A stretch of DNA of 20,000 nt from NCBI RefSeq assembly GCF_004010195.1, contig NC_057719.1, forward strand, positions 93,552,257 through 93,572,256, read 5' to 3'. A program made the position numbers and the translations under genes. Shown here piece after piece: positions 10,138 to 20,000 of the stretch. The notes beneath the pieces are model-generated. The model was not told the DNA's origin and searched no databases. It worked only from the letters and a program-made list of their open reading frames with translations. This DNA is from Chiloscyllium plagiosum (taxonomy: Eukaryota). The number at the start of each line of letters is the position of its first letter. The stretch's first letter is position 1.

Positions 10138-11040
10138 CATTTTGGATGTAAGCTTTCTCGCTGAGCTGGAAGGTTCAATTCCAGACGTTTCATCACCCTA
10201 CTAGCTAACATTTTCATTGGGCATCAGGTGAAGCACTGTTGAAATTTCCTGCTTTCTATTTATATGTTTGGGTTTCTTTGGGTTGGTGATGTCTTTCATG
10301 TCGTGATGTTATTTCCTGTGGTGAAGTGACTTCCTGTTCCTTTTCTCAGGGGGTGTTAGATGGTGTCTAACTCGATGTCTTTGTTGATAGATTTCTGATT
10401 TGAATGCCATGGGAATTCTCGTTCCCATGCCATATCCCTCGGCATCATGGTAGCCCTGAACCCCACCAACACAATAAAACAGCAGAAAATGAACTTGAAA
10501 GACCCTTTACAGACAACTAGCAAAAGTAATGTAATTTACAAAATACTGGGCAAGGACGTAACAAACATTTCATTGGACCAAGAGACAGAAAACTAGTCAC
10601 CAAGACACATGAACACCAATTAGCCACAAAAAGACATGACCCTCTCTCACCAGTATCCTCACTTACGGAAGAGGAAGGACACCACTTCGACTGGGGGGAC
10701 AACACATTCATCCTAGAACAAGCCAAAGGCACGCACGAGAATTCCTAGAAGCATGGCATTCCAACTGTAACTCTATCAACAGACACATCGAGTTAGAGCC
10801 CATCTACCACCGCCTGAGAAAAGGAACAGGAAGGGAATTCATCACAGGAACTGACATCACCAACTGAAAGAATCCCAAACATATAAATAGAAAGCAGGAA
10901 TTTTCAGTAGTGCTTCGCCTGAGGTCCACTGAACCTGTTACCTAGTAGTGTGACAAAACGTTTGGAAATGAATCTTCCAGCTCAGCGAGCAGACCTGCGT
11001 CCAAAACCTCAACCTGTGCTGCAAATCTTCTCAAAACTCG
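10138..11040 (+). mobile_element. Penelope-like element: inverted 5' pLTR, GIY-YIG remnant and 3' pLTR, with a 13-bp target-site duplication
   Basis: The frameshifted + translation from about 10528 is NVIYKI.../NKHFIG...RKL.T..HEHQLATKRHDPLS...EEGHHFDW, a GIY-YIG domain. 10140-10421 is the reverse complement of about 10736-11006. ATCAGTGAATTGA flanks both ends (10125-10137 and 11041-11053). Confidence 0.9.
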
Positions 11041-11336
11041 ATCAGTGAATTGAACTCATAATAAGATCTGAAGGGAATAGATCCCATTCCGGGCAGAAGG
11101 AGACACTGTTCCGAAGACCTCTCAGACATTTAAAGGGATGAATTCATTTTCACTGCTTTTACATTTGTTCATGACACAGGATCGACCGCAATTGAGATAA
11201 AGACAGAAATTTCAAAACTACATTTGCCTTCAAGGAACTGGGAGAGAATCCTTCAGGACAGCCACGTTTTCAGCCTCCACATTAGGAACTGGAACAAAAG
11301 TGATCTGTGCCTGCTCCCGAGGGATTGAATGTTACT

Positions 11337-11609
11337 AGATTACAAACAGTGTGAAAACAGGTCCTTCATCCCAACAAGTCCACACCAACCAGCCGAAGCA
11401 CAACCCAATCAGACCTATTCCCCTAACACTACGTGCTAGTTAGCATGGCCAATTCACCTAACCAGCGCATTTTTATAGATTGTGGGAGGAACCCACTCAG
11501 ACACGGGGCAAATGTGCAAACTCCACACAGAGAGTCACCTGAGACGGGAATTAAACCGGTCTCTAGCGCTGTGAGGCACTAGTGCTAGCCATTGTGCCAC
11601 CGTGCTGCC
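11337..11609 (-). mobile_element. tRNA-derived V-SINE (shark HE1-like), older copy
   Basis: The minus-strand head GGCAGCACGGTGGCACAATGGCTAGCAC has an A box and a B-box-like GGTTTAATTCC. The V-domain reads GTGTGGAGTTTGCACATTTGCCCCGTGTCTG. It is homologous to 17203-17517 but has internal deletions. Confidence 0.9.
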
Positions 11610-11844
11610 AAGCGTGAAAGGGCGTGAATGCTGCAGAAACCATTGGTGAATGTGGATGTGCATCTGTGTGTTTGGTGAGGGAGGATTTATTTTCATTTTT
11701 GACATATGTTTTGTCAGTAATTCAACATTCTCTTTCATTATTCCTGCTCCAATAAGTTGAATAAATTTCTGAATACAGTGACACGTTTTGAAAATCTCAC
11801 TGGGTCCTCAGTCAAACTGTTTTTTGTCTCTAGGCTGATGGATA

Positions 11845-11869
11845 ATCCGTTTATTTTTCTTGCTCACAG
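11845..11869 (+). promoter_or_regulatory. Splice acceptor (polypyrimidine tract + CAG) for the GPCR exon
   Basis: TTTATTTTTCTTGCTCACAG|TTAAC lies exactly where GPCR similarity begins, at the TM1 'VN', giving a phase-1 intron. Confidence 0.8.
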
Positions 11870-12780
11870 TTAACGTAGTGACGTTCTACGTCCTGCTTTA
11901 TAAAGATTGCGGATTGTCTCCATGTGTTAGACGGTACCTGGGAGCCATGGCAGCGGCAGATCTACTGGTCATTATCCTCGACCTGATACTGAGACACATT
12001 CCCATTGTTTATCTGAACCAGCTTTATTTCTTGTTACTCTCCATCCCCGTGTGTAATATCCACGCCGCCCTGCTTTATGCAGCCACTGACTGTTCTGTCT
12101 GGTTCACTGTCATTTTCACCTTTGATCGGTTTGTGGCCATTTGTTGCCAGAAGCTGAAAAGTAAATATTGCAGTGAGAAAACGGCGGCTGTGGTTCTGGG
12201 AGTAGTGACTGTGCTGAGCTGTTTAAAGAATATTTTCTGGTATTTTATACTCAAACCTTATTATTACCTGGAAAACCTCACTTGGTTTTGTGTTGCAACA
12301 GTTGCTGTTCTATTATCCCCTGTCTGGGTCACGATCGAGTTTCTCCACAACATTTTAACCCCAGGTGTCCCGTTTCTCCTTATTCTGCTGCTCAATGTTC
12401 TCACCGTCAGACATATTTTAGTGACCAGCAGAGCCCGCAGGAGACTCCGCGCTCACACCAATGGGGACGCTCAGTCTGACACTGAAATGAGAAACCGAAA
12501 AAAATCAACCACTTTACTGTTTATGATCTCGGCCAATTTCATCCTGTTATGGTCAGTGTTAATGGTGTATTCTATATGGCGACGCATGTGGAACATTGGG
12601 TTTTACGCTGTGTATATTTATGATTTTGTGCGGGAATTGGGCTTCATGCTGCAGCTCCTCAGTTGCTGCACAAACACCGTGATTTATGCTGTGACCCAGA
12701 CTAAGTTCAGACAGCAGCTGAAGAATATGCTGAAATATCCCTTTACCCAAATTCAGCAATCAATTAAGTTCATTCATTAA
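11870..12780 (+). CDS. Terminal coding exon of a class A (rhodopsin-like) GPCR, GPR139/GPR142-like
   Basis: An uninterrupted ~303-codon frame encodes the TM1 end (VNVVTFYVLL), TM2 YLGAMAAADLLV, TM3 C...DCSVWFTVIFTFDRFVAIC, an ECL2 Cys, TM5 VPFLLILLLN, TM6 KSTTLLFMISANFILLW, TM7 SCCTNTVIY and helix 8 KFRQQLK, and ends at TAA 12778-12780. The N-terminus and most of TM1 are missing. Confidence 0.92.
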
Positions 12781-12967
12781 ATCAGTCCATCCGTGATTTT
12801 CTCATTTCAGTTCAGTTTATCAGCGAAGAAGCACCATGTTGCACTGCTTTTCCAGCCTTATCCCACAAGGGTGTTACAGGAAGAGATTACAATATTTCTC
12901 TCAAGTCAGGGGCCATTCAGAACAGACACCATCCCACTGACTGTATCTTTCACTTCAATTTGTAAAA

Positions 12968-12973
12968 AATAAA
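12968..12973 (+). promoter_or_regulatory. Candidate polyadenylation signal for the GPCR
   Basis: AATAAA lies about 190 bp after the stop codon, with a downstream GU-rich element TGTTGTTTGTCTTTGTGTTG at about 13017-13036. Confidence 0.55.
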
Positions 12974-13269
12974 AAATGATCATTAAATACGTGACAAGCA
13001 GCAGAATGAATGATATTGTTGTTTGTCTTTGTGTTGAAGAAGTTGAGCTGGAGAGATACAGATGTAGCCCCATGTCCTGGTCCTCACGGTAAAGGAGAGG
13101 AACGAAGTCCGGGCTCAGGTGTTGGATTTAAGTCCCTCTGTCCTTGCATTCAACTCTGGGTCCCTCCACTCTGAAATGGTCATCGGTAGAATTCATCTCC
13201 TAACACATATACCCCAATCTCCACTCAAAAATATCCATCTCTCGCACCATTGCTCGCTGTCCCTCTGGC

Positions 13270-13600
13270 CGCCCTGCCACCTGTCTTCCACTCTGTCCCC
13301 AATTCCTCTCCCTCTCTCTCGCTGCACATTCTCTCTTTCTCACCATCTCTCCAGTTCACTCACTCACTTTCCTCTCTTTCTTTCTCTCTCACACAAACAC
13401 ACACACACTCACACGTACACACCCGCAGGTTGCTCCACCCGCTTCCACTCTTCTCTGTCTCCCCAAAATTCACTCTCACTCTTCCGGTGTCTTTGTCTCC
13501 CTCCCGCCATACTGTCTCTCTCTTATTTTCTCCCTCTTCCGAACACCCACATCTCTCTGACTTATTTCCTTCTCTCAAGCCTCTCCAATTCCCGAACAGC
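13270..13600. repeat. CT-rich low-complexity tract
   Basis: Degenerate (CT)n/(CA)n sequence. Confidence 0.85.
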
Positions 13601-13609
13601 TCTTGAACC

Positions 13610-14968
13610 GAGGGTGAATGAAAGACCAGTGAGAAAGAATGTGCCAGTTCGGGAGGGAGGGAAGGACAGACGGAGAGAGATTCAGTCTGAGGGAAAGGGA
13701 GGGTTCATAACGGGAGAGTCAAAGGGGGAGGGAGGGAAAGGGAGCGGAACAGCGAGAGTGGAAGAAGAGATAGTGCGGAGGAGACTGAGTAAGGGAGAGA
13801 GTGTGGAGTTGTGAGAGAGTGTTGAGAAGAGAGAGCGAGTGGGAAGAGTCAGAGTGCATAGACGGGAAAGAGAGAGAGTTAGAGGAGGCAGATAAGGAAA
13901 AAAGAGAGTTGGAGGGAAGAGAGTCGGGGGTAGTGAGGAGAGTGGGGAGGGCATGAGAGCTGGGTAGAGAGAGAGAGACTGAGGTAGACTGTGTGGTATA
14001 GACAAGGGTAGGGAGAGAATGGGTGGGAAGGCGAGAGATAGTGGCGGAGGAGAGAGTATGGGAGAGAGATTGGGACAGATAAAGAAAGATGGGGTACAGA
14101 GAGACTGTGCGGGTTGAGAGAGTGTTGGGAGAAAGAGAGTGAACTGTAGAGACAGAGATTGCGGACAGAGAGAGTGGGGAGGAGAGAGAGAGAGTGGGGA
14201 GAGAGAGTGTGTGTGCGAGAGAGAGTGAGGGGGAGAGAGAGTGTTTGGGTGTGAGAGAGGGAGAGAGTATGTGTGTGTGAGAGAGAGAGGGAGAGAGAGG
14301 GGGAGACATAGAACATAGAACATAGAACATAGAAAAATACAGCGCAGTACAGGCCCTTTGGCCCTCGATGTTGCGCCGATCCAAGCCCACCTAACCTAAA
14401 CTAGCCCACTATCCTCCATATGCCTATCCAATGCCCGCTTAAATGCCCATAAAGAGGGAGAGTCCACCACTGCTACTGGCAGGGCATTCCATGAACTCAC
14501 GACTCGCTGAGTAAAGAACCTACCCCTAACATCTGTCCTATACCTAACCCCCGAGACAGAAAAAGAGTTGGGAGAAAAGTGGAGAGTGGAGGAGAGGGAG
14601 TGTGATGGGCACAGAGAGGAGGGTTTAGAGATAAATGGGGAAGAGAGAGTGGGAGGGCAGAAAGAGAGAGTTTGTTGGACGAGAGTCAGGGAGAAAATTT
14701 TTGGGGCGAGAGAAATGGAGAGTTGGAGAGAGCTTGGGAGGAGATTGACAGCTAGGCAGAGAGACCGAGATAGCGGAAGAGTGGGAGACACAAAGAGAGA
14801 GGGGGAGTGTGAGAGAGTGAGAGAGATAGATTTGGAGGAGAGAGACGAGGGAAAAGACAGAGAGTGGAGAGAGTGAGCGAGAGTGGGAGGGAATGAGAGC
14901 TGTGGTAGATTAAGAGAGTATGCTGGCGACAATCAGAGGAGAGAGAGGGAGAGAACAGAGAGAATGGA
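13610..14968. repeat. GA-rich low-complexity tract, interrupted by a LINE tail at 14309-14552
   Basis: Degenerate (GA)n polypurine sequence. Confidence 0.88.
14309..14552 (-). mobile_element. Short, apparently young 5'-truncated CR1/HER1-type LINE 3' end
   Basis: It has an intact ORF2 C-terminus GVRYRTDVRGRFFTQRVVSSWNALPVAVVDSPSLWAFKRALDRHM, a 3' UTR and a (TTCTATG)n tail. GAGACA flanks both ends (14303-14308 and 14553-14558). Confidence 0.9.
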
Positions 14969-17900
14969 ACATAGAAAAATACACACAGAACAGGACCTTT
15001 AGCACATGACGTTGTGCCGAGATTTAATCCTAATGTAAAATGTAATAACTTCATCTACACACCCCTCAAATCACTGCTATTCACGTGCATGTCCAACAGT
15101 CGATTAAATATCCCTAATAAGTCTGCTTCCACCACCACAGTTGGCAAAGCATTCCATGCATTCACAATTCTCTGAGTAAAGAACCTACCTCTGACGACTC
15201 CTTTATACATTGCACCTAATAACTTCAAACCATGACTTCTCGTACTAGTCAACCCTGCACTGGTGAAAGGTCTCTGGCTGTTGACTCTACCAATTCCACT
15301 CATTATCTTGTATACCTCGAACAGGTCTCCCTTCTTCCTCCATCTCTCGAGAGAAACGTCGGAGCTTACTCAACCTTTCTTCATAAGACAAGCTCTCCAT
15401 TCCAGGCAGCATCCTGGTAAACTTTCTTTGCACCCCTTCCAAAGCCTTTGTATCTTTCCTATAGTAGGGCGACCAGAACTGGACACAATTTTCCAAGTGT
15501 AGTCTCACCAGGGGCTTGTAGAGCTGTAGAAAAACCTCACGGCTCATAAACCTGATCCCCCCTTTTAATAAAGCCAAAATGCCAAATGCTTTCTTAACAA
15601 CGCTATCCAATTGGTGACACCTTTGAGGGATCTATGTACTTTCACATGCAGATCCCTCTGTTCCTTGGCACTGCCGAGAATCGTATCTTTAAACCTATAT
15701 TCACCATTCGAGTTCGACCTTCCAAAATGCATCACTTCACATCTATCCAAGTTGAACTCCATCTGCCAATTCTCAGTCCAGCTCTGCATCCTGTCTATGT
15801 CACGCTGCAGCCTGCAGTAGCCTATATTATCGACGACACCTCCAACCTTTCTGTCATCCGCAAATTTACTAACACACCCCTCAACCTTGTCATCCAAGTC
15901 ATTTATAAAACTACAAAGAGCAGATGCCCAATAACAGAGTCCGGTGGGACCCCACTCAACACTGACCTCCAGGCAGAATACTTTCTATGTACACCATTCT
16001 GTCAGTCAGCCAGTTCTGAATCGAGACCGCCAAATCTCCCTGTATCCCATAATTCCTGAGTTTATGAATGAGCCTACCATGGGGAAACTTATCAATTGCC
16101 TTGCTGAAGTCCCTATATACCATATCCACTGCTCAACCTTCGTCGACCTGTCTTGTCACCTGTTCAAAGAACTCAATAAGTTTTGTGAGGCATGACCTGC
16201 CCCTCACAAAGCCAAGCTGACTGTCTATAATCCCATCATGTTTTGCCAAATAGCCATAAATCCAATCCCTCAGAATTCTTTCCAAACCTTTACTGACCAC
16301 AGACGCAAGACTTACTGGTCTGTAATTGCAAGGAATTTCTCTATTGCCCTTCTTGAAAAGGGAAACAACATGTGCCTCCTTCCAATAATCCGGTGCGATT
16401 CCCATGGAGAGTGAGGAGGCTAATATCCTCGCCAGCGTCTCAACAACCTCCTTTCTCGCTTCCCGGAGCAGTGTAGGATAAATCTAGTCTGGCCCTGGGC
16501 ACTTATTAATCTTAATGCTTCCAAAAATTTCCAGAGCATCAACTTCATCAATCTTGATCTGGTCAAGACTGTATCCCAGCTTCTCGAAGTATTCATTCAC
16601 AACAGGCTCCCTTTCTTTGTTGAAAACCGAAGCAATAAACTCATTTAGGGTTTCCTTATCGACTCAGACTGCATGTACAAATGCGTCCACTATCTCTGAT
16701 CGGCCCTCCCTTATCACTGATCATCATTCTCTTGTTCCTCACGTTTGAGTAAAATGCCTTTGGGTTCTCCCTATTCCTAATTGTGAAACCTTTTTCGTGC
16801 CTATCCTGGCTCTCCTCAGTCCATTTCTGAGCTCCTTTCTCGCAAGCCTGTAATCCTATAAATCTGTGCTAGAATCTTGCTTCCTCCACCTTAACTAAGT
16901 TGCCTTCTTCCTTTTGACTGGAAGCTCCTCTGTCCACGCCATCAAAGATTCCTTAATCTTACCGCTTCTTACATGTCTCAGAGGAACAAATTCGTGCATC
17001 ATTCGCAACAACTGCCCCTTCAGTAATCTCCACATGCTTGCTGTGCCCTTTCTGTGGAACAATTGCTCCCAAATTTCCCAAATCCTGTCTGATAGCGTCA
17101 TAATTTCATTTTCCACAATTAAATATCTTCCCTCGCTAACTATCCATTCACTCTCCAAGGCTTTGATAAATGTGAGGCGGTTGTGATCACTGTCACCAAA
17201 ATTAGATTAGATTAGATTACAGTGTGGAAACAGGCCCTTCGGCCCAACAAGTCCACACCGACCCGCCGAAGCGAAACCCACCCATACCCCCACATTTACC
17301 CCTTACCTAACACTACGGGCAATTTTAGTATGGCCAATTCACCTGACCCTGCACATTTTTGGACTGTGGGAGGAAACTGGAGCACCCGGAGGAAACCCAC
17401 GCAGACACGGGGAGAACGTGCAAACTCCACACAGTCAGTCGCCTGAGGCGGGAACTGAACCCGGGTCTCTGGCACTGTGAAGCAGCAGTGCTAACCACTG
17501 TGCCACCGTGCCGCCCACAAAATGGTCTCCCACGGCGAGATCCGACACCTGTCCTGGCTCGTTGCAGAGCACCAAATCCAAAATGGCCTTTCTCCTCGTC
17601 CGTCTGTCGACATACTGAGTAAGGAAACCCTCCTGAACACACCTGACAAAATTGGCTCCAAACGAACCATCTGCGCTTAGGAGGTTCCAGTCGATATTTG
17701 GAAAGTTAAAATCACCCGTAACCACAACGCTGCTACTTCTGCATATTTGCAGTATTTGTTTGCCTATGAGTTCTTCAATCTCTCAACTGTTATTGGGTGG
17801 CCTTTAGAAAATCCCCAATGCTGTGGCTGTTCCTTTGCTGTTCCTAATGTCCACCCAAACTGACTCAGGAGACAAACCTTCCTCAATAACCTTCGTTTCT

Positions 17901-18838
17901 ATAGCTGTGATGCACTGTCTGATGAGTAATGCTACACACCCTACACTTTTTCCACCCTCCCAGTTGTCCTTTAATCGTTCAGAACCTTGGAACATCAAGC
18001 AACCATTCCTGCGCCTCTAAACATCACTTTTCAGGTATGGTCACAACTTCGTAGCCCCATGTACTGATCCATGCTCTAAATTCGTCACCCTTATTTCGGA
18101 CACTCCTTGCATTAAAGCAGACCCACTTTAACCAATCCCTTTGTTTCATCCGTGAGAAAACTTCCTGATATATTCAATAACTCGTGTCACTGCCTCATCT
18201 GCAACTGTCTACCTCTCAGATTGCCACACCCCCACCCCGCCAAAACTAGTTTAAACACTCCCGCACCACGAGAGCAAGCCTCCCACCCAGGACATTTGTC
18301 CCCTCCAGTTCAGGTGCAACCCATCTTTCATGTGCAGGTCCCACCTTCCCCAGAAGGTATCCCACTGGTCGAAGGATCTGAAGGTCTCCCTCCTGCACCA
18401 ACCTCGCATCCACGTTTTAAGCTGCATTCGCTGACTGTTCGTCATCTCACTGTCTTATGGTACTGGTAGCAAACCTGAGATCACTACTCTACGCGTCTTG
18501 CTCATCAGCATCCAACCTAAGTCTCCGCAGTCACTTTTCACATCCTCAATCCAGTTCCTGGCTATGTCATTGGTGCCAATATGTACCACAATTACTGGCT
18601 GCTCGCCGTCCCCTTTCATAATCTTGTAAAGTCGATCGGTGACATCCTGGCACCGTGGAGGCAACATATCTTCCGGGAGTCCCGTTCCTGACCACAAAGA
18701 CTCCTGTCAATCCGTCTAACCATTGAGTCCCCTACCACTATTGCTGTTATATTTTCACCACTTTCCTTCTGAGCTAGACTGTCAGGTTCAGTGCCAGAGA
18801 CCTGGCAACTATGGCTTTCCCCTGATAAGCTGTCCCAT
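14969..18838 (-). mobile_element. Near-complete decayed CR1/HER1-type LINE: ORF1 esterase remnant, ORF2 APE + RT, and 3' UTR
   Basis: The ORF1 remnant (about 18240-18750) has AIVVGDSMVR, VVHIGTNDI, VVISGLLPVP and DGLHLN. ORF2 (about 15055-18140) has FNARSVRNK, GDFNFPNIDW, ILDLVL, NYRPVSLASV, GFVRGRSCLT.LIEFFE, SKFADDRK, LENCVQFWSPY and FFTQRIVNAWNALP. There are many stops and frameshifts. A possible TSD CAGAGAGAA(T)GGA lies at 14956-14968 and 18839-18850. Confidence 0.95.
17203..17517 (-). mobile_element. Full-length tRNA-derived V-SINE (HE1-like) nested in the CR1 endonuclease region
   Basis: It has an A box TGGCACAGTGG, a B box GGTTCAGTTCC, the V-domain GTGTGGAGTTTGCACGTTCTCCCCGTGTCTGCGTGGGTTTCCTCCGGGTGCTCC and a (TCTAA)n tail. 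The TSD CAAAAT lies at 17197-17202 and 17518-17523. Removing the SINE restores the LINE motif VGDHFGDSDH. Confidence 0.95.
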
Positions 18839-18909
18839 CAGAGAGAAGGAGGGGAAGGAGGAGAGTGGCGGCGAAGGAGAGTGGGGGAGAGAGGGGGTTA
18901 TAGAGAGAG

Positions 18910-19409
18910 NNNNNNNNNNNNNNNNNNNNNNNNNNNNNNNNNNNNNNNNNNNNNNNNNNNNNNNNNNNNNNNNNNNNNNNNNNNNNNNNNNNNNNNNNNN
19001 NNNNNNNNNNNNNNNNNNNNNNNNNNNNNNNNNNNNNNNNNNNNNNNNNNNNNNNNNNNNNNNNNNNNNNNNNNNNNNNNNNNNNNNNNNNNNNNNNNNN
19101 NNNNNNNNNNNNNNNNNNNNNNNNNNNNNNNNNNNNNNNNNNNNNNNNNNNNNNNNNNNNNNNNNNNNNNNNNNNNNNNNNNNNNNNNNNNNNNNNNNNN
19201 NNNNNNNNNNNNNNNNNNNNNNNNNNNNNNNNNNNNNNNNNNNNNNNNNNNNNNNNNNNNNNNNNNNNNNNNNNNNNNNNNNNNNNNNNNNNNNNNNNNN
19301 NNNNNNNNNNNNNNNNNNNNNNNNNNNNNNNNNNNNNNNNNNNNNNNNNNNNNNNNNNNNNNNNNNNNNNNNNNNNNNNNNNNNNNNNNNNNNNNNNNNN
19401 NNNNNNNNN
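18910..19409. other. Assembly gap (500 N)
   Basis: Run of N within a GA-rich tract. Confidence 1.
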
Positions 19410-20000
19410 GCTGGGGAGAGAGGGTGGGTGAGGTACAGAAAGAATGGGGACAAAGAGAAGGAGTGGGTGGTGAGAGAGATTGGGGAGAGACAAAGAGTGT
19501 GAAGGAGAGAGAATGGAGGTGGCAGAGAGACAGTGGTGGGAGAGAGACATATGAGAGAAAGTGGGTGAGACAGATAGAATGGACATGAGAGTGTGAGGAG
19601 AGGCAATTGGGGGGAGAGACAGTTGGGAGAATCTTTCTCTATCTAGCCCTCTCTGTCTCTCTCTCTCCAAGCATTCAATCCCTCTCTCTCTGTCTCTCTC
19701 CACCCACTCTCTCTGTCACTTCCATTAAATATCACTCTCCCAACCTGCTCTTTCTGCCCCACTCTTTCTTTCCACAGCTCTCTATCTCTATCCGCACTCC
19801 CTCTCTCTGATACCCACTCTCTCCCCAATATCTCTCTCTTACCCACGCACATGTCCGCCTCACAATACCTCATTCACTCTCTCTCAACTCCACTCTCTTT
19901 CTCGCCCACTCTGTCTCTCTTTCCCCACTCCCTCTCTACATAACTCTCAATCTCTCCCCTACACTCTGTCTCAGCACCATTCTCTATTTCACCCCCCTGC
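19410..20000. repeat. GA-rich tract switching to a CT-rich tract at about 19630
   Basis: Degenerate (GA)n, then (CT)n to the window end. Confidence 0.85.

Noticed and set aside
11860..11869. TTG start of the 306-aa ORF
   Set aside because: It lies in the polypyrimidine tract and acceptor. The protein lacks its N-terminus and most of TM1, so this is an internal exon boundary rather than a start codon.
13119..14932. Long Ser/Leu/Pro- or Glu/Arg-rich ORFs
   Set aside because: They are translations of (CT)n/(GA)n low-complexity DNA that lacks stop codons. Only the CR1 C-terminal piece is meaningful.
17440..17517. tRNA gene (also at 11540-11609)
   Set aside because: The A/B boxes belong to SINE heads that continue into the V-domain and a LINE-like tail.
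18723..19703. ORFs of 259-309 aa
   Set aside because: They are artefacts of reading through 500 N.

Overview
This is eukaryotic, repeat-dense DNA, most likely from a cartilaginous fish. The inference rests on HE1/V-SINEs, HER1/CR1 LINEs, shark-type Penelope-like elements and a GPR139-like receptor. The only credible host gene is one intact coding exon of a class A GPCR of the GPR139/GPR142-like group (about 11870-12780, +), which begins at a splice acceptor; I could not find its first exon in the window. The rest comprises a degenerate 62-bp satellite (1-2400), three unrelated minisatellites (43, 64 and 40 bp), several decayed Penelope-like retroelements with hammerhead-ribozyme-like motifs in their terminal repeats, CR1 LINE fragments, a near-complete decayed CR1 with an esterase ORF1, two V-SINEs, long GA/CT tracts and a 500-N gap. 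I found nothing that is clearly a new biological system. The best leads are the hammerhead-like motifs, an inverted-repeat Penelope insertion with a 13-bp target duplication, higher-order structure in the satellite, and the orphan GPCR exon. All family assignments come from recognising motifs by eye, not from database searches.
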